IMG/VR virus record: IMGVR_UViG_3300032030_000025
Coordinates: 62,001 to 121,373 of that record
Length of the DNA stretch: 59,373 nucleotides
Reading direction: 5' to 3' (one strand)
From: an uncultured virus (IMG/VR IMGVR_UViG_3300032030_000025)
Lineage: Duplodnaviria; Heunggongvirae; Uroviricota; Caudoviricetes
The notes beneath the pieces are model-generated. The model was given only the letters and a program-made list of their open reading frames with translations. It did no database searches and was not told where the DNA came from. This document shows positions 1-9,118 of the stretch, one piece after another. Each line of letters opens with the position of its first letter. Position 1 is the stretch's first letter. Made by a program: the position numbers and the translations under genes.

Positions 1-1
1 T

Positions 2-883
2 GTGCAATATGACGTTATTTCCCTTCCAAGCAACGGTGAGGGATACAAGAGCAAGATTTCAAGATTACCAGTAGCATATTTGACAGCATATGATGAAAAC
101 CTTATCACTTCACCAAGCCTTTATAGGGACGGTCTTGTTATTGACTGTTTGCTTAGAAGCAAGATTGTAAACAAGGATATTGACCCAGATGAATTGCTGA
201 GCGGTGATGTTGATGCAATAGTACTCTTCTTGAGAGCAACAAGCTACGGTGTTGAATTCCCAATTACAGTAAGAGACCCAGAAAGCGGTGAGAGAATTGA
301 AAGCGTTGTTGACTTGTCAACCCTTAAGCCAAAGGAATTCAAGTTGAAGGGTGATGAAAACGGTCATTTCGAATATGTTTTGCCATTGGCAAAGGATACA
401 GTAAAATTCAAGTATTTGACAAGAAGGGATGAAAAGAACCTTGAACTTATCTCAAAGATTGAGACAAAGGAATCAAATGCTACACTTCTTGCAAGGGATA
501 TTTTCGAGATTAGAAGGATGGTAGAGAAATATGAAGACGAATTGACAACAAAGGAAAAGACAGCATTTACAGAACTATTGGATAAGGCAGACGAGTTCAG
601 AAAGAAACTCAAGTCAAACGATTCTGTAGGATATAACAAGATTATCACCAACAGAATGGAGATGAATATCGTTTCAATCAATGGAAACAGCGATAGAAAA
701 TATATCCACGAATATGTAAACAATATGAGGGCAAAGGATTCTTTGGAATTGAGGAAATATATCAATGAAAATGAACCTGGAATTGATTTTAATATCAAGG
801 TCACAAGACCAGAGAGTCTAGGGGGAGGCTCTTTCGACACCTTTCTTGAATGGAACGATTCTGTTTTCCTCAATATCGCCTGA
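2..883 (+). CDS. Baseplate hub assembly / tail assembly chaperone protein (T4 gp26-like), 5'-truncated by window edge
   Basis: Motifs LPSNG..Y, AYLTAYDENLITSP, LLSGDVDAIVLFLRATSYG, DSLELRKYINENEPGID; lies upstream of the tape measure gene. Confidence 0.7.
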   Translation: MQYDVISLPSNGEGYKSKISRLPVAYLTAYDENLITSPSLYRDGLVIDCLLRSKIVNKDIDPDELLSGDVDAIVLFLRATSYGVEFPITVRDPESGERIESVVDLSTLKPKEFKLKGDENGHFEYVLPLAKDTVKFKYLTRRDEKNLELISKIETKESNATLLARDIFEIRRMVEKYEDELTTKEKTAFTELLDKADEFRKKLKSNDSVGYNKIITNRMEMNIVSINGNSDRKYIHEYVNNMRAKDSLELRKYINENEPGIDFNIKVTRPESLGGGSFDTFLEWNDSVFLNIA

Positions 884-1124
884 TTACGAGAGGAACCTTA
901 AGGAGGAACTGTTCGGTTGTTTCGAGCATATGGGGATACCGTTCAATGTATTGAATGAAATGCCAGTTAGAGATAGAAAATTCTATATAATGAGGCATAA
1001 TATGAAGGTAGAGGAAGAGAATGCAATGAGAAACGGAAACAATTCAACCAATATGGGTGACGCATTGAACAGCTTCGCTAGCTTGGAACAGCAAAATATA
1101 CTTAATGCTAAAAAAAGAGGGTAA
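846..1124 (+). CDS. Small hub/tail assembly protein (gp51-like or gpT-like); start uncertain, possibly made by frameshift from the upstream ORF
   Basis: PDYERNLKEELF...GIPFNVLNEMPVRDRKFYI; overlaps the upstream ORF in the +1 frame; only a TTG (846) or a late ATG (930) is available as start. Confidence 0.55.
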   Translation: MNGTILFSSISPDYERNLKEELFGCFEHMGIPFNVLNEMPVRDRKFYIMRHNMKVEEENAMRNGNNSTNMGDALNSFASLEQQNILNAKKRG

Positions 1125-1144
1125 TGTTTATCCTCTTTTTTTTT
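1110..1144 (+). terminator. Intrinsic terminator
   Basis: AAAAAAGAGGGTAA-TGT-TTATCCTCTTTTTT hairpin with long T run. Confidence 0.7.
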
Positions 1145-1164
1145 ATAAAATTTTATGAAATATC

Positions 1165-1171
1165 TATTTAT
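1165..1171 (+). promoter_or_regulatory. TATTTAT putative late promoter
   Basis: Motif recurs before operon-leading or stand-alone virion genes; 27 nt before the tape measure ATG. Confidence 0.5.
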
Positions 1172-1198
1172 AAATGAATAGAAAAAAAGAATTAGAAT

Positions 1199-4100
1199 AT
1201 GCCAGCTTGGTTATTAGGTTTATTGAGTAAAATTCCAGCGGGTGCGTTGGATAAACTACTATCATTAGCTAAACTTCTCAAGGGAGGCGTTGGTGGTATA
1301 TTTGGTGGTTTATCAGACTTGTATGGTTATCTTGAGGGGCTTGCCAAGGAGTGGGGAGAATTTGATGATGCTGCAAAGAAGACAGCTCGTTCAATGGGTC
1401 TTACTCGTGAGCAAGCAGAACAGTTTAGGGGCAGCATAATTGATGCCCAAATAGAACTTGGTAGGCTGTACAATACATCTGAAAAGGAGATTACTGATTT
1501 TACCGAAGCTGTTTCAAAAGGCTACGGTAGAGTAATGCTGTTGAGCAAGCAAGCTCGTGAGGACTTTGCAGCCATCAAGATGCTTGTTGAGACTACGGCC
1601 ATTCAAGAAATGGTCAAGAATATGGATGCGTTCGGTGCTTCGGTTGAAACATCGCTTGCATACATGTCCTTAACAAGGGAACAAGCCAAGAAGTTGGGTT
1701 TGAATGCGGCTGAAGCTGCTGACAAGCTTAGCAAAAACGTTAATGCACTTTCCAAATTCGGCTTCAAGGAAGGCATATCTGACATTCAACAGATGACCTT
1801 GTGGTCACAGAGGCTTAAGGTCAATTTCGAGTCAATAGCTGCCGCAACAAAGAACTTCAACACAATTCAAGGCGCAATTGAGAACAGTGCAAAGATTCAG
1901 ATGCTTGGTGGCGAGATGTCATTCAACTATATGAATCCTATGGAGGTGATGGCAGAGGCAATGTCTGATACCAAGTCGTTTGGTGAACGCATTGCTGACA
2001 CAGTTGCCGATATGGGTACTTTTGACAAAGGAACTGGTACTGTCAGAATCGAATCGTGGTTAGACCGAGCAAAGATTCAGCACTATGCTGAAGCACTTGG
2101 TATACAAGTTGAAGAGCTTATAAATATGGCAAATCAACAAGCAAAGTTCCACGAGATTGACAGCCATATAAGTAGAGCCTTGTCTGAAGAGCAAAGGCAA
2201 GCTGTAGCTAATATGGCTCAATTCAATGCAGATGCCAACAGATGGGAGATTGTAGATGCACTTGGAAACAGACATGATGTTGAATCAATACAAAACGAGG
2301 GCTTGCTTAAGCAAATCGCAGCAAATACCGTTTCCAATGATAGGGACACAAACATAAAGAATATAGCTGGTCACGTTGCGGAGATTGCTAGTTGGTCGCA
2401 CGATGAAGCGAGAGCAATGATTGGCTTCAACGAGCAGCAACAAGGTTATGAGAAGAGCATACAAGCTTCAAGGGCGAAGGCAACACAAACACTTGAAATA
2501 CCTAGCCTTGTTAATGGTATACATAGTATGGTAACTGATATTGTAACCAACCAAAAGGTTATGATTTCACTTATTATGGGTATGGGTGCTCTTAGGTTTA
2601 TCAAAGGTTTCACATCGGCAAAGGGTGTTGCAAAGCCATTAGGAAAACTCGTATCAAATGTATTCAAGTTCGGTAAAGCTGGATTCGAGCATGGTGGTAT
2701 TATAGGTGGTAACTATCCTACTGGCGACCAATTGTTCGCAAGAGTCAACTCTGACGAAATGGTTCTTACCAAGGAACAGCAGAGCCAATTGTTCCAAATA
2801 GCTAACGGTGCTATGCCAGCCGTTGTAGATTCATATAGCGAACCTACAAGTGGTGAAGAAAGTTGGTTAAAAGGATTGTATAGAAGAGGCGTAGCGCAAG
2901 AAGCAGCAGCAAGCAGAGGTGCAACGTCCACAATGACTGTAAGGTCAGACATTGCAACAAAGTTGAGAAACGTATTCAACGAATTTACTGAAGCGCAAAG
3001 TCGTACTTGGGGAGAGTTTATATCAAAAGAAAAAGATGTATTTGGAAGTATAAGAAATACAAGAGTTTGGCAAGCTACATCACGAGGCGTGACAGGGGTA
3101 AGAAATACTACTGTAAATGCTTATGAATCAGTAACTAATGGTATTACTCGTATAGGCAATAACATTACTCGAATCAACAACTCAATAGCAAATTCACAGA
3201 TAGTTACAAGAGTAGGGCAAATTGGCACTAAAATAACGCAGACAACAGAAAGTGTCGCAAACACAATTGCCAACTCAAGGGTTGTTGGCGGCATACAGAG
3301 AATGAATACTGCAATACACAACACAACGGAAAGCATAATCAGCAGTTTGCGTACAGTACCTACAAGCATTTCAACACAGACAACAAGAATTGCAAACGCA
3401 GTGAGGAATTCAAGGGTTGTCACTTCTGTTGCAAATTTTGGTGGTAGTGTGGCAAGAGGAACAAGGGCGGTTGTAAACCCATTAATTAAGCTTGGCTCTG
3501 CAACTGCTTCCAATGCAAGCCATTTGGGTGGAAGAATCTATGGAGGTGTTCAGAACAGTAGGTTTGGTGTAAAGGCTATTGGCAAATCCGTCAAGAGTGT
3601 TGCACAAAAGGCAAATGCTAGGGTTGGACGTTCAGTAGTTGGCAAAGCAAGCAAATCGTTAGCATCAAAGGCTGCTACAAAGATGGTTGGCAAGTTAGTC
3701 AAGGGTGGCGGACCAGCAGCATTAGCTGGTATAGCAGTTGATGCAGCAAACATTCTTGGTCAACATTTTGGCATCATTGAAGAAGGAGGCAACACAGCCA
3801 AGGCTCTAAATGTTGTTGGAGACACACTTGGATATGCAGCTACTGGTGCTATGATAGGTAGCTTTATTCCAGTTATAGGTAATGCAGTTGGTGGTTTGAT
3901 TGGTGGCGCGATTGGTTTGACAAAGAGCTTGTCTGATAATTTCGGAAAAGAAATTAAGAGCTTCTTCGTTGGAAAGGACAATATGTCTATGGCAGATGTT
4001 GCACAGCAGCAATATGAGCAGTCCAAATTCGGTATGGATGTAATTGAAGCATCTATACAGCAAGACCCAACTGGTGAAAACTTGAAATTGCTTGCAGCAC

Positions 4101-4963
4101 AAGCCACTGTCAAGATGCACGATTTGCTTGTTTCTATATGGTACAGACTTAACGGATTGCAAAGCAATGGAGAAAAGGCAGATAGAGGATTGCTTGGAGG
4201 ATTGGCAAATGCTGCAAAGTTCGTTGTCGGAGGTACAATTGGAGGTGTTGCTTCAACAGTGGTAAGCGTTGCGAGTGGAAGCGTACAAGAACCAACAAGG
4301 GCTTTGCCACAATCAAGTGCGGTTGTGCAAGAAGAGAACCCTACCGAAACATCAACAAAGGATTATGAGCTTGAGAATAGGGCTTATCAGTCAACCATTG
4401 ATATTCTTGAGATTTTGAAGAACAATGTCGCAGTTAAACCAGAGGTTGAACCTATTCAAGCAAACAACACAAACATAAGGAGCTACAGATACAACAGAAG
4501 CGCTATGAATGGCACAGCCAACTACAGCAACTATATGTATGGTAGGAATGCTATGGGTAATGTTAGTGTTGCAAACGTAGGAAACGGTTTGTATCCTACC
4601 ATCGCACAAGACACAACTTCTATTGGTGTTAAAAAGAGTGATGCAGTACAGCCAAATGTTATGTCAGTACCAGTTGTAGGTGCACCTATGGTTGTTGCCC
4701 CTTCGTATGAGGTTAAGATTGGTGGTGACAAACCTCTTGACGTTAATTTGAACGTTAGTGGCACAATTAAGCTTGATGCAAGCGCATTTGGTGGAAAGAA
4801 GGTTGATATAAATATAAATCAGTTGTTGGAGGATAATGCGGTTAAGAGCAAGATAATCGACATCATAATGACTGAATTCTCAAAGGTCAATGGCAAGACT
4901 GCAAAGGACACGGCATTCAGCAAGACAAGGAATATGCTGTTGGGTATGTCACAGATGCCATAA
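1199..4963 (+). CDS. Tail tape measure protein
   Basis: 1254 aa, Ala/Gly-rich helical; TMP-type motifs GFEHGGIIGG..GDQLFARVNSDEMVL and GAMIGSFIPVIGNAVGGLIGGAIG; position after chaperone-like genes. Confidence 0.85.
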   Translation: MPAWLLGLLSKIPAGALDKLLSLAKLLKGGVGGIFGGLSDLYGYLEGLAKEWGEFDDAAKKTARSMGLTREQAEQFRGSIIDAQIELGRLYNTSEKEITDFTEAVSKGYGRVMLLSKQAREDFAAIKMLVETTAIQEMVKNMDAFGASVETSLAYMSLTREQAKKLGLNAAEAADKLSKNVNALSKFGFKEGISDIQQMTLWSQRLKVNFESIAAATKNFNTIQGAIENSAKIQMLGGEMSFNYMNPMEVMAEAMSDTKSFGERIADTVADMGTFDKGTGTVRIESWLDRAKIQHYAEALGIQVEELINMANQQAKFHEIDSHISRALSEEQRQAVANMAQFNADANRWEIVDALGNRHDVESIQNEGLLKQIAANTVSNDRDTNIKNIAGHVAEIASWSHDEARAMIGFNEQQQGYEKSIQASRAKATQTLEIPSLVNGIHSMVTDIVTNQKVMISLIMGMGALRFIKGFTSAKGVAKPLGKLVSNVFKFGKAGFEHGGIIGGNYPTGDQLFARVNSDEMVLTKEQQSQLFQIANGAMPAVVDSYSEPTSGEESWLKGLYRRGVAQEAAASRGATSTMTVRSDIATKLRNVFNEFTEAQSRTWGEFISKEKDVFGSIRNTRVWQATSRGVTGVRNTTVNAYESVTNGITRIGNNITRINNSIANSQIVTRVGQIGTKITQTTESVANTIANSRVVGGIQRMNTAIHNTTESIISSLRTVPTSISTQTTRIANAVRNSRVVTSVANFGGSVARGTRAVVNPLIKLGSATASNASHLGGRIYGGVQNSRFGVKAIGKSVKSVAQKANARVGRSVVGKASKSLASKAATKMVGKLVKGGGPAALAGIAVDAANILGQHFGIIEEGGNTAKALNVVGDTLGYAATGAMIGSFIPVIGNAVGGLIGGAIGLTKSLSDNFGKEIKSFFVGKDNMSMADVAQQQYEQSKFGMDVIEASIQQDPTGENLKLLAAQATVKMHDLLVSIWYRLNGLQSNGEKADRGLLGGLANAAKFVVGGTIGGVASTVVSVASGSVQEPTRALPQSSAVVQEENPTETSTKDYELENRAYQSTIDILEILKNNVAVKPEVEPIQANNTNIRSYRYNRSAMNGTANYSNYMYGRNAMGNVSVANVGNGLYPTIAQDTTSIGVKKSDAVQPNVMSVPVVGAPMVVAPSYEVKIGGDKPLDVNLNVSGTIKLDASAFGGKKVDININQLLEDNAVKSKIIDIIMTEFSKVNGKTAKDTAFSKTRNMLLGMSQMP

Positions 4964-5056
4964 AGAAAAATAAAATAACGGTTGTTTTTGCGGCACATAA
5001 ACATATATTTTCTAATATGCCTATATGTCGCAAAAACAAGGTTTATTATAACAAGT

Positions 5057-8000
5057 ATGATAGACAATTTAGAATATACATACAGACGAGGTTGTGCAAG
5101 AGCAAGCCTACTTCGCAAGAATTACAACTTCATCAATACCGTGTTGACTAGGAACATCGGTAATGTTCATTATGCCTATGCAGTGGTTGAGGAATTGCTT
5201 GGGTCTGATATTGGAATGGGCAGAATTGTTCATACTGGATTGGTAAGAGACCCAGTTGTATTTTCAGTAACAGAAAAGAGGAAAGAGGTTGACAACTATT
5301 TGACATATGCAAAGTATATCAATCAGAACACTGTCAAGGCATTGTACTCAAAAAAGAATGGTAGTATATTGTTTGATAACTTGTTGAGTCTAAACAACGA
5401 TACTGTCAACATATATTCTAATGATAATATATTGAGATTCGACCCATATGACCCATTGTCAAGGGAAAGCGAGATGTATGTGTCTTTGGTTGCTGCCAAG
5501 ATGTATGAGTCTATGTATGGCAACTATTGGGAAGGTACTGAAAAAGTACCTCATCAGCTTACAAGTGGATATACATATTGGGATTTGGTTCCGCATAATG
5601 TAAGTGTAAGAAATATATCCATCAAAAATGATGGATTGTTTTCATACATATCGGCAGAGTTGCCAAAAAGCCAAGGCGATAATATTAAGAATGCTTATGT
5701 ACAATTAAGGAAACCATCAGTCGAATGGATTAGACAATATTATCCATCAAATATATTTTGGAATAGTGATGATAATGATATAAGTAAAGTCATACATAGG
5801 CAGAATCGTGAGATTCGAGGAAGGTATGGAAACAAATTGCAAGAAGATAACCAAAAAAGAACATTATTTGATGGTAGTGTTATTGGTTTCTTATTTGACA
5901 AGTCGAAACAATTCACTGATTCAATAAGTGAAAGAAAGAGATATACTTATGCCGAGTCTGTAGTGGCTGACAATGAAGCTGTAGTAATCACAAACAACGA
6001 AACAACAAGTGCAGTTGAAGATTCAATACCATTTGATGGTATCTATACAGAATCATTCCAAAAGAAACCAGATGGTAAGGATGACTTGATTTCATTCACC
6101 AACAATATGTTCCGAATAGGAAGATATAAGACGATGATTGCTAGGTTTGGTACAAATGCTGTAGGACCACACGGAAGATTCAACGATATAGATGATTACA
6201 GCGAATACAATACAGCAATTTCAGAACGCGGTATGTCTCATGGTAGAAACTTGTTGAAGGAGGCTGATAAGCGAAATTTCATACATAGGCAAGCTGATAT
6301 ATCAGAGGCTTATAACGACCCATATTGCCGTGTATGGACTAACTATCATCAGTATAATTCGGTTCACGATATGATTCGCCCTTTTACAACAGTGGACGAA
6401 TATGATATGGCAGCACCAGTATATGATGAGATGCTTATGAGGGACTATGGGTTTGAAAAGGTAAGGACAAAGGCTGTAGGCGGCTTTATGGATGGTCAAG
6501 CAAGGCTTGGTCAGATGGGTGTTTTACAAAAGAACGGTTTTGTGAATATTACCCCAAAGCAAGAAGGTGATGCTGCTGCAAAAACAAAAAGATGTATGTT
6601 TTCTCTTGAGAACTTGGCATGGAAAGGATGCACACAGTCGTTGTCAAAGTCACAAATAGGACCTTTTGGTGGACGCATAATGTGGTTCCCACCATATGAC
6701 TTGAAATTTTCAGAAAATGTTTCAAGCCCTTGGAATGCAAATCAGTTTATCGGTAGGGGAGAAAAGGTATATACATATACAGATACAGAAAGAACTGGAC
6801 AGTTATCTTTCAAGATTTTGGTAGACCATCCTTCGATAATTAATTTCTTCAGAGGTACGAATGACAGTGATTTGCATCAGACTGGTTTGGAATATGATTT
6901 ATTGAGATTTTTTGCAGGATGCGGTCATCCAGTACCAGCAAACATAAGCAAGCAAGAGAATGATAATAATGAAACTGAAGAACCAAAGCAACAACCAGAA
7001 CAGAAGAGAGAAGATTCTTGTGACAAGATTATGTGCTTGATGTTCTTCCCAAACAATTACACTGGCAATTATGATAAGGATGATGTTGACCCAATTATAT
7101 ACCTTTTAAACGGTATTGGTAGCCAAAAATATCTTGATGGAAAAGTAGTCAAGGATTTGCCAACTAATCCAAATGTGTTAGGATATTCTGTAAGTGGTGA
7201 ATCAAATGAGCTTATCGGTTATGAGATTAGAGATAATATTGGAAATGACCCAAAGGCTTACGTTGGCGGTATTACACCAGCTGATATTGTAACAGACCAA
7301 GACAAGAGGGAAAACAAGGTTACTGCTTGTACTTACAATGGTTATACATTGGTTCCGCAAAAGAACTCTGAATCATCTCCATTGAATGACTGGTGGTATA
7401 GGGTTGATGTAAGAAAAAGCAATATCAGTTGTGCCAACATAAAGAGTAGGAACAAGAAGGTTGACTGTGAGAAACTGTTCAAGGATGAAAAGAAATTAAA
7501 GAATGTTGAAGGTCACAAGGATTGCAGAAGCTTTGGCTTGAACAGCAGTAAAGGTCGCGGATTCATTTACAATGATGAGGATTACAAGAATTCCTATGCT
7601 TGCACCGTATTTAATTTATCTCAAGAAGATTGCGAGAATTCATTGTTCTCTTTCACAGAATTTTATGTTGCATTTACTGAAAAGTATGGAACTAAAAACA
7701 AATTGACAGAAGAACTTGCAAGAAACTATTGTGACACAGAAAAATTGGATATATTAAGGGGAATACTTGAAAAGAGGAAATTAGCCAAATTGGAGACAAA
7801 TGGTTGGGCTTCAAGACAAGGATATGAGGCAAGTAACATTCAGCTTGGACTTGATAGAGCAACAACAGCAAAGAACTTCTTCGATAAGCTGAAGGTGAAG
7901 TTTGAAAAGGTTACTGACCCTAAATCTGAAGGTATTGTCCCAACAACGGCAGACAAGGGTGCTCAAAAGGACGAGTCTGAACTTAAGGCTAAAATAGGTA

Positions 8001-8773
8001 GAAGTGCATTGATAACAATTTATCTGTCAAATGAAGAGACCACAACCTTGCAAGAGTCAAGCAACACGGAGGGAAATGACGATAACTTCAAGGTTGCTGA
8101 AAGGGAAAAGCCAAGCGCAAATACAGTTAATACTGAAAGCAATTTGATGGAAAGTACAAACCCTCAATCATATTATGAGAGTGTTGGTACAAATGGCAGA
8201 TATGATGACGAATACCGATTCTTCAAGGAGATAGACATAAATGATACGTTCTTGAGGCATAAAATTAGGGAAAAGATACAATATTTTGACCCAGCTTATC
8301 ATTCAATTTCACCAGAAGGATTTAACGCAAGGCTCACGTTCCTGCATCAATGCACAAGGCAAGGACCAACAATTGGAAACAGCAATGTCAATGGGGTAAA
8401 TAGGATTGCCAACAACTTGGCATTTGGAAGGCAACCAGTATGTGTATTAAGAATAGGAGATTTCTATTATACAAAGATAATAATAGAGAGTTTGCAGATA
8501 ACGTATGACACTGATGGTATAAAGTGGGATTTGAACCCAGAAGGTATTGGCGTACAACCTATGTTTGCTGACATATCCATTACATTCAAGTTCCTTGGTG
8601 GTAGTGATTTGGCTGGTCCTATTGGAAGATTGCAGAATGCGGTTTCATTCAACTATTATGCCAATACTGGAGTATATGATAATAGAGCTGAAATGATACA
8701 GTATGATTCTAATGGGAATTATGTCAAGTTTAAGGAATTTAACCCAATAAACAAAAAGATAACTACAAATTGA
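5057..8773 (+). CDS. Large tail-tube-fold / baseplate protein with internal OmpA-like motif
   Basis: FPPYDLKFSE..W....IGRGEKVYTY..TERTGQLSF and PVCVLRIGDFY.TKIII.SL.ITY...QPM.ADISITFKF resemble tube-initiator proteins; ATG 5057 preferred over TTG 4982, which lies in an intergenic hairpin. Confidence 0.6.
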   Translation: MIDNLEYTYRRGCARASLLRKNYNFINTVLTRNIGNVHYAYAVVEELLGSDIGMGRIVHTGLVRDPVVFSVTEKRKEVDNYLTYAKYINQNTVKALYSKKNGSILFDNLLSLNNDTVNIYSNDNILRFDPYDPLSRESEMYVSLVAAKMYESMYGNYWEGTEKVPHQLTSGYTYWDLVPHNVSVRNISIKNDGLFSYISAELPKSQGDNIKNAYVQLRKPSVEWIRQYYPSNIFWNSDDNDISKVIHRQNREIRGRYGNKLQEDNQKRTLFDGSVIGFLFDKSKQFTDSISERKRYTYAESVVADNEAVVITNNETTSAVEDSIPFDGIYTESFQKKPDGKDDLISFTNNMFRIGRYKTMIARFGTNAVGPHGRFNDIDDYSEYNTAISERGMSHGRNLLKEADKRNFIHRQADISEAYNDPYCRVWTNYHQYNSVHDMIRPFTTVDEYDMAAPVYDEMLMRDYGFEKVRTKAVGGFMDGQARLGQMGVLQKNGFVNITPKQEGDAAAKTKRCMFSLENLAWKGCTQSLSKSQIGPFGGRIMWFPPYDLKFSENVSSPWNANQFIGRGEKVYTYTDTERTGQLSFKILVDHPSIINFFRGTNDSDLHQTGLEYDLLRFFAGCGHPVPANISKQENDNNETEEPKQQPEQKREDSCDKIMCLMFFPNNYTGNYDKDDVDPIIYLLNGIGSQKYLDGKVVKDLPTNPNVLGYSVSGESNELIGYEIRDNIGNDPKAYVGGITPADIVTDQDKRENKVTACTYNGYTLVPQKNSESSPLNDWWYRVDVRKSNISCANIKSRNKKVDCEKLFKDEKKLKNVEGHKDCRSFGLNSSKGRGFIYNDEDYKNSYACTVFNLSQEDCENSLFSFTEFYVAFTEKYGTKNKLTEELARNYCDTEKLDILRGILEKRKLAKLETNGWASRQGYEASNIQLGLDRATTAKNFFDKLKVKFEKVTDPKSEGIVPTTADKGAQKDESELKAKIGRSALITIYLSNEETTTLQESSNTEGNDDNFKVAEREKPSANTVNTESNLMESTNPQSYYESVGTNGRYDDEYRFFKEIDINDTFLRHKIREKIQYFDPAYHSISPEGFNARLTFLHQCTRQGPTIGNSNVNGVNRIANNLAFGRQPVCVLRIGDFYYTKIIIESLQITYDTDGIKWDLNPEGIGVQPMFADISITFKFLGGSDLAGPIGRLQNAVSFNYYANTGVYDNRAEMIQYDSNGNYVKFKEFNPINKKITTN

Positions 8774-8779
8774 TAGAAA

Positions 8780-9100
8780 ATGAGCACATACAGCAGATAT
8801 GACAACTTCGTTGATGATGGGATGATGAAATTCGTCCCATTCATCAAAATTAGGGAAAAAACGACTGATAAGTTCGTGTATTATATAAACGGACAATCGA
8901 GATTGGACTTGTTGTCTTATCAATACTATGATAATCCTAACTATGGTTGGCTTATTCTACAAGCCAACCCAGAAGTTGGTAGTTACGAGTTCAATATACC
9001 TACAAACACGTTGTTGAGGATACCATATCCTTTGTCAACAACACTTTCGCAATACAATGACGATATAGCCTTATATGACGCAATGTATGGCATACACTAA
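8780..9100 (+). CDS. Baseplate wedge protein, gp53/LysM-like
   Basis: RLDLLSYQYYDNPNYGWLILQANP...LLRIPYP. Confidence 0.75.
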   Translation: MSTYSRYDNFVDDGMMKFVPFIKIREKTTDKFVYYINGQSRLDLLSYQYYDNPNYGWLILQANPEVGSYEFNIPTNTLLRIPYPLSTTLSQYNDDIALYDAMYGIH

Positions 9101-9118
9101 TGACTAAAGCATCTTATT

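Noticed and set aside
4982..5056. TTG-initiated N-terminal extension of the 1263-aa ORF
   Set aside because: Region is an intergenic hairpin; ATG 5057 is more plausible
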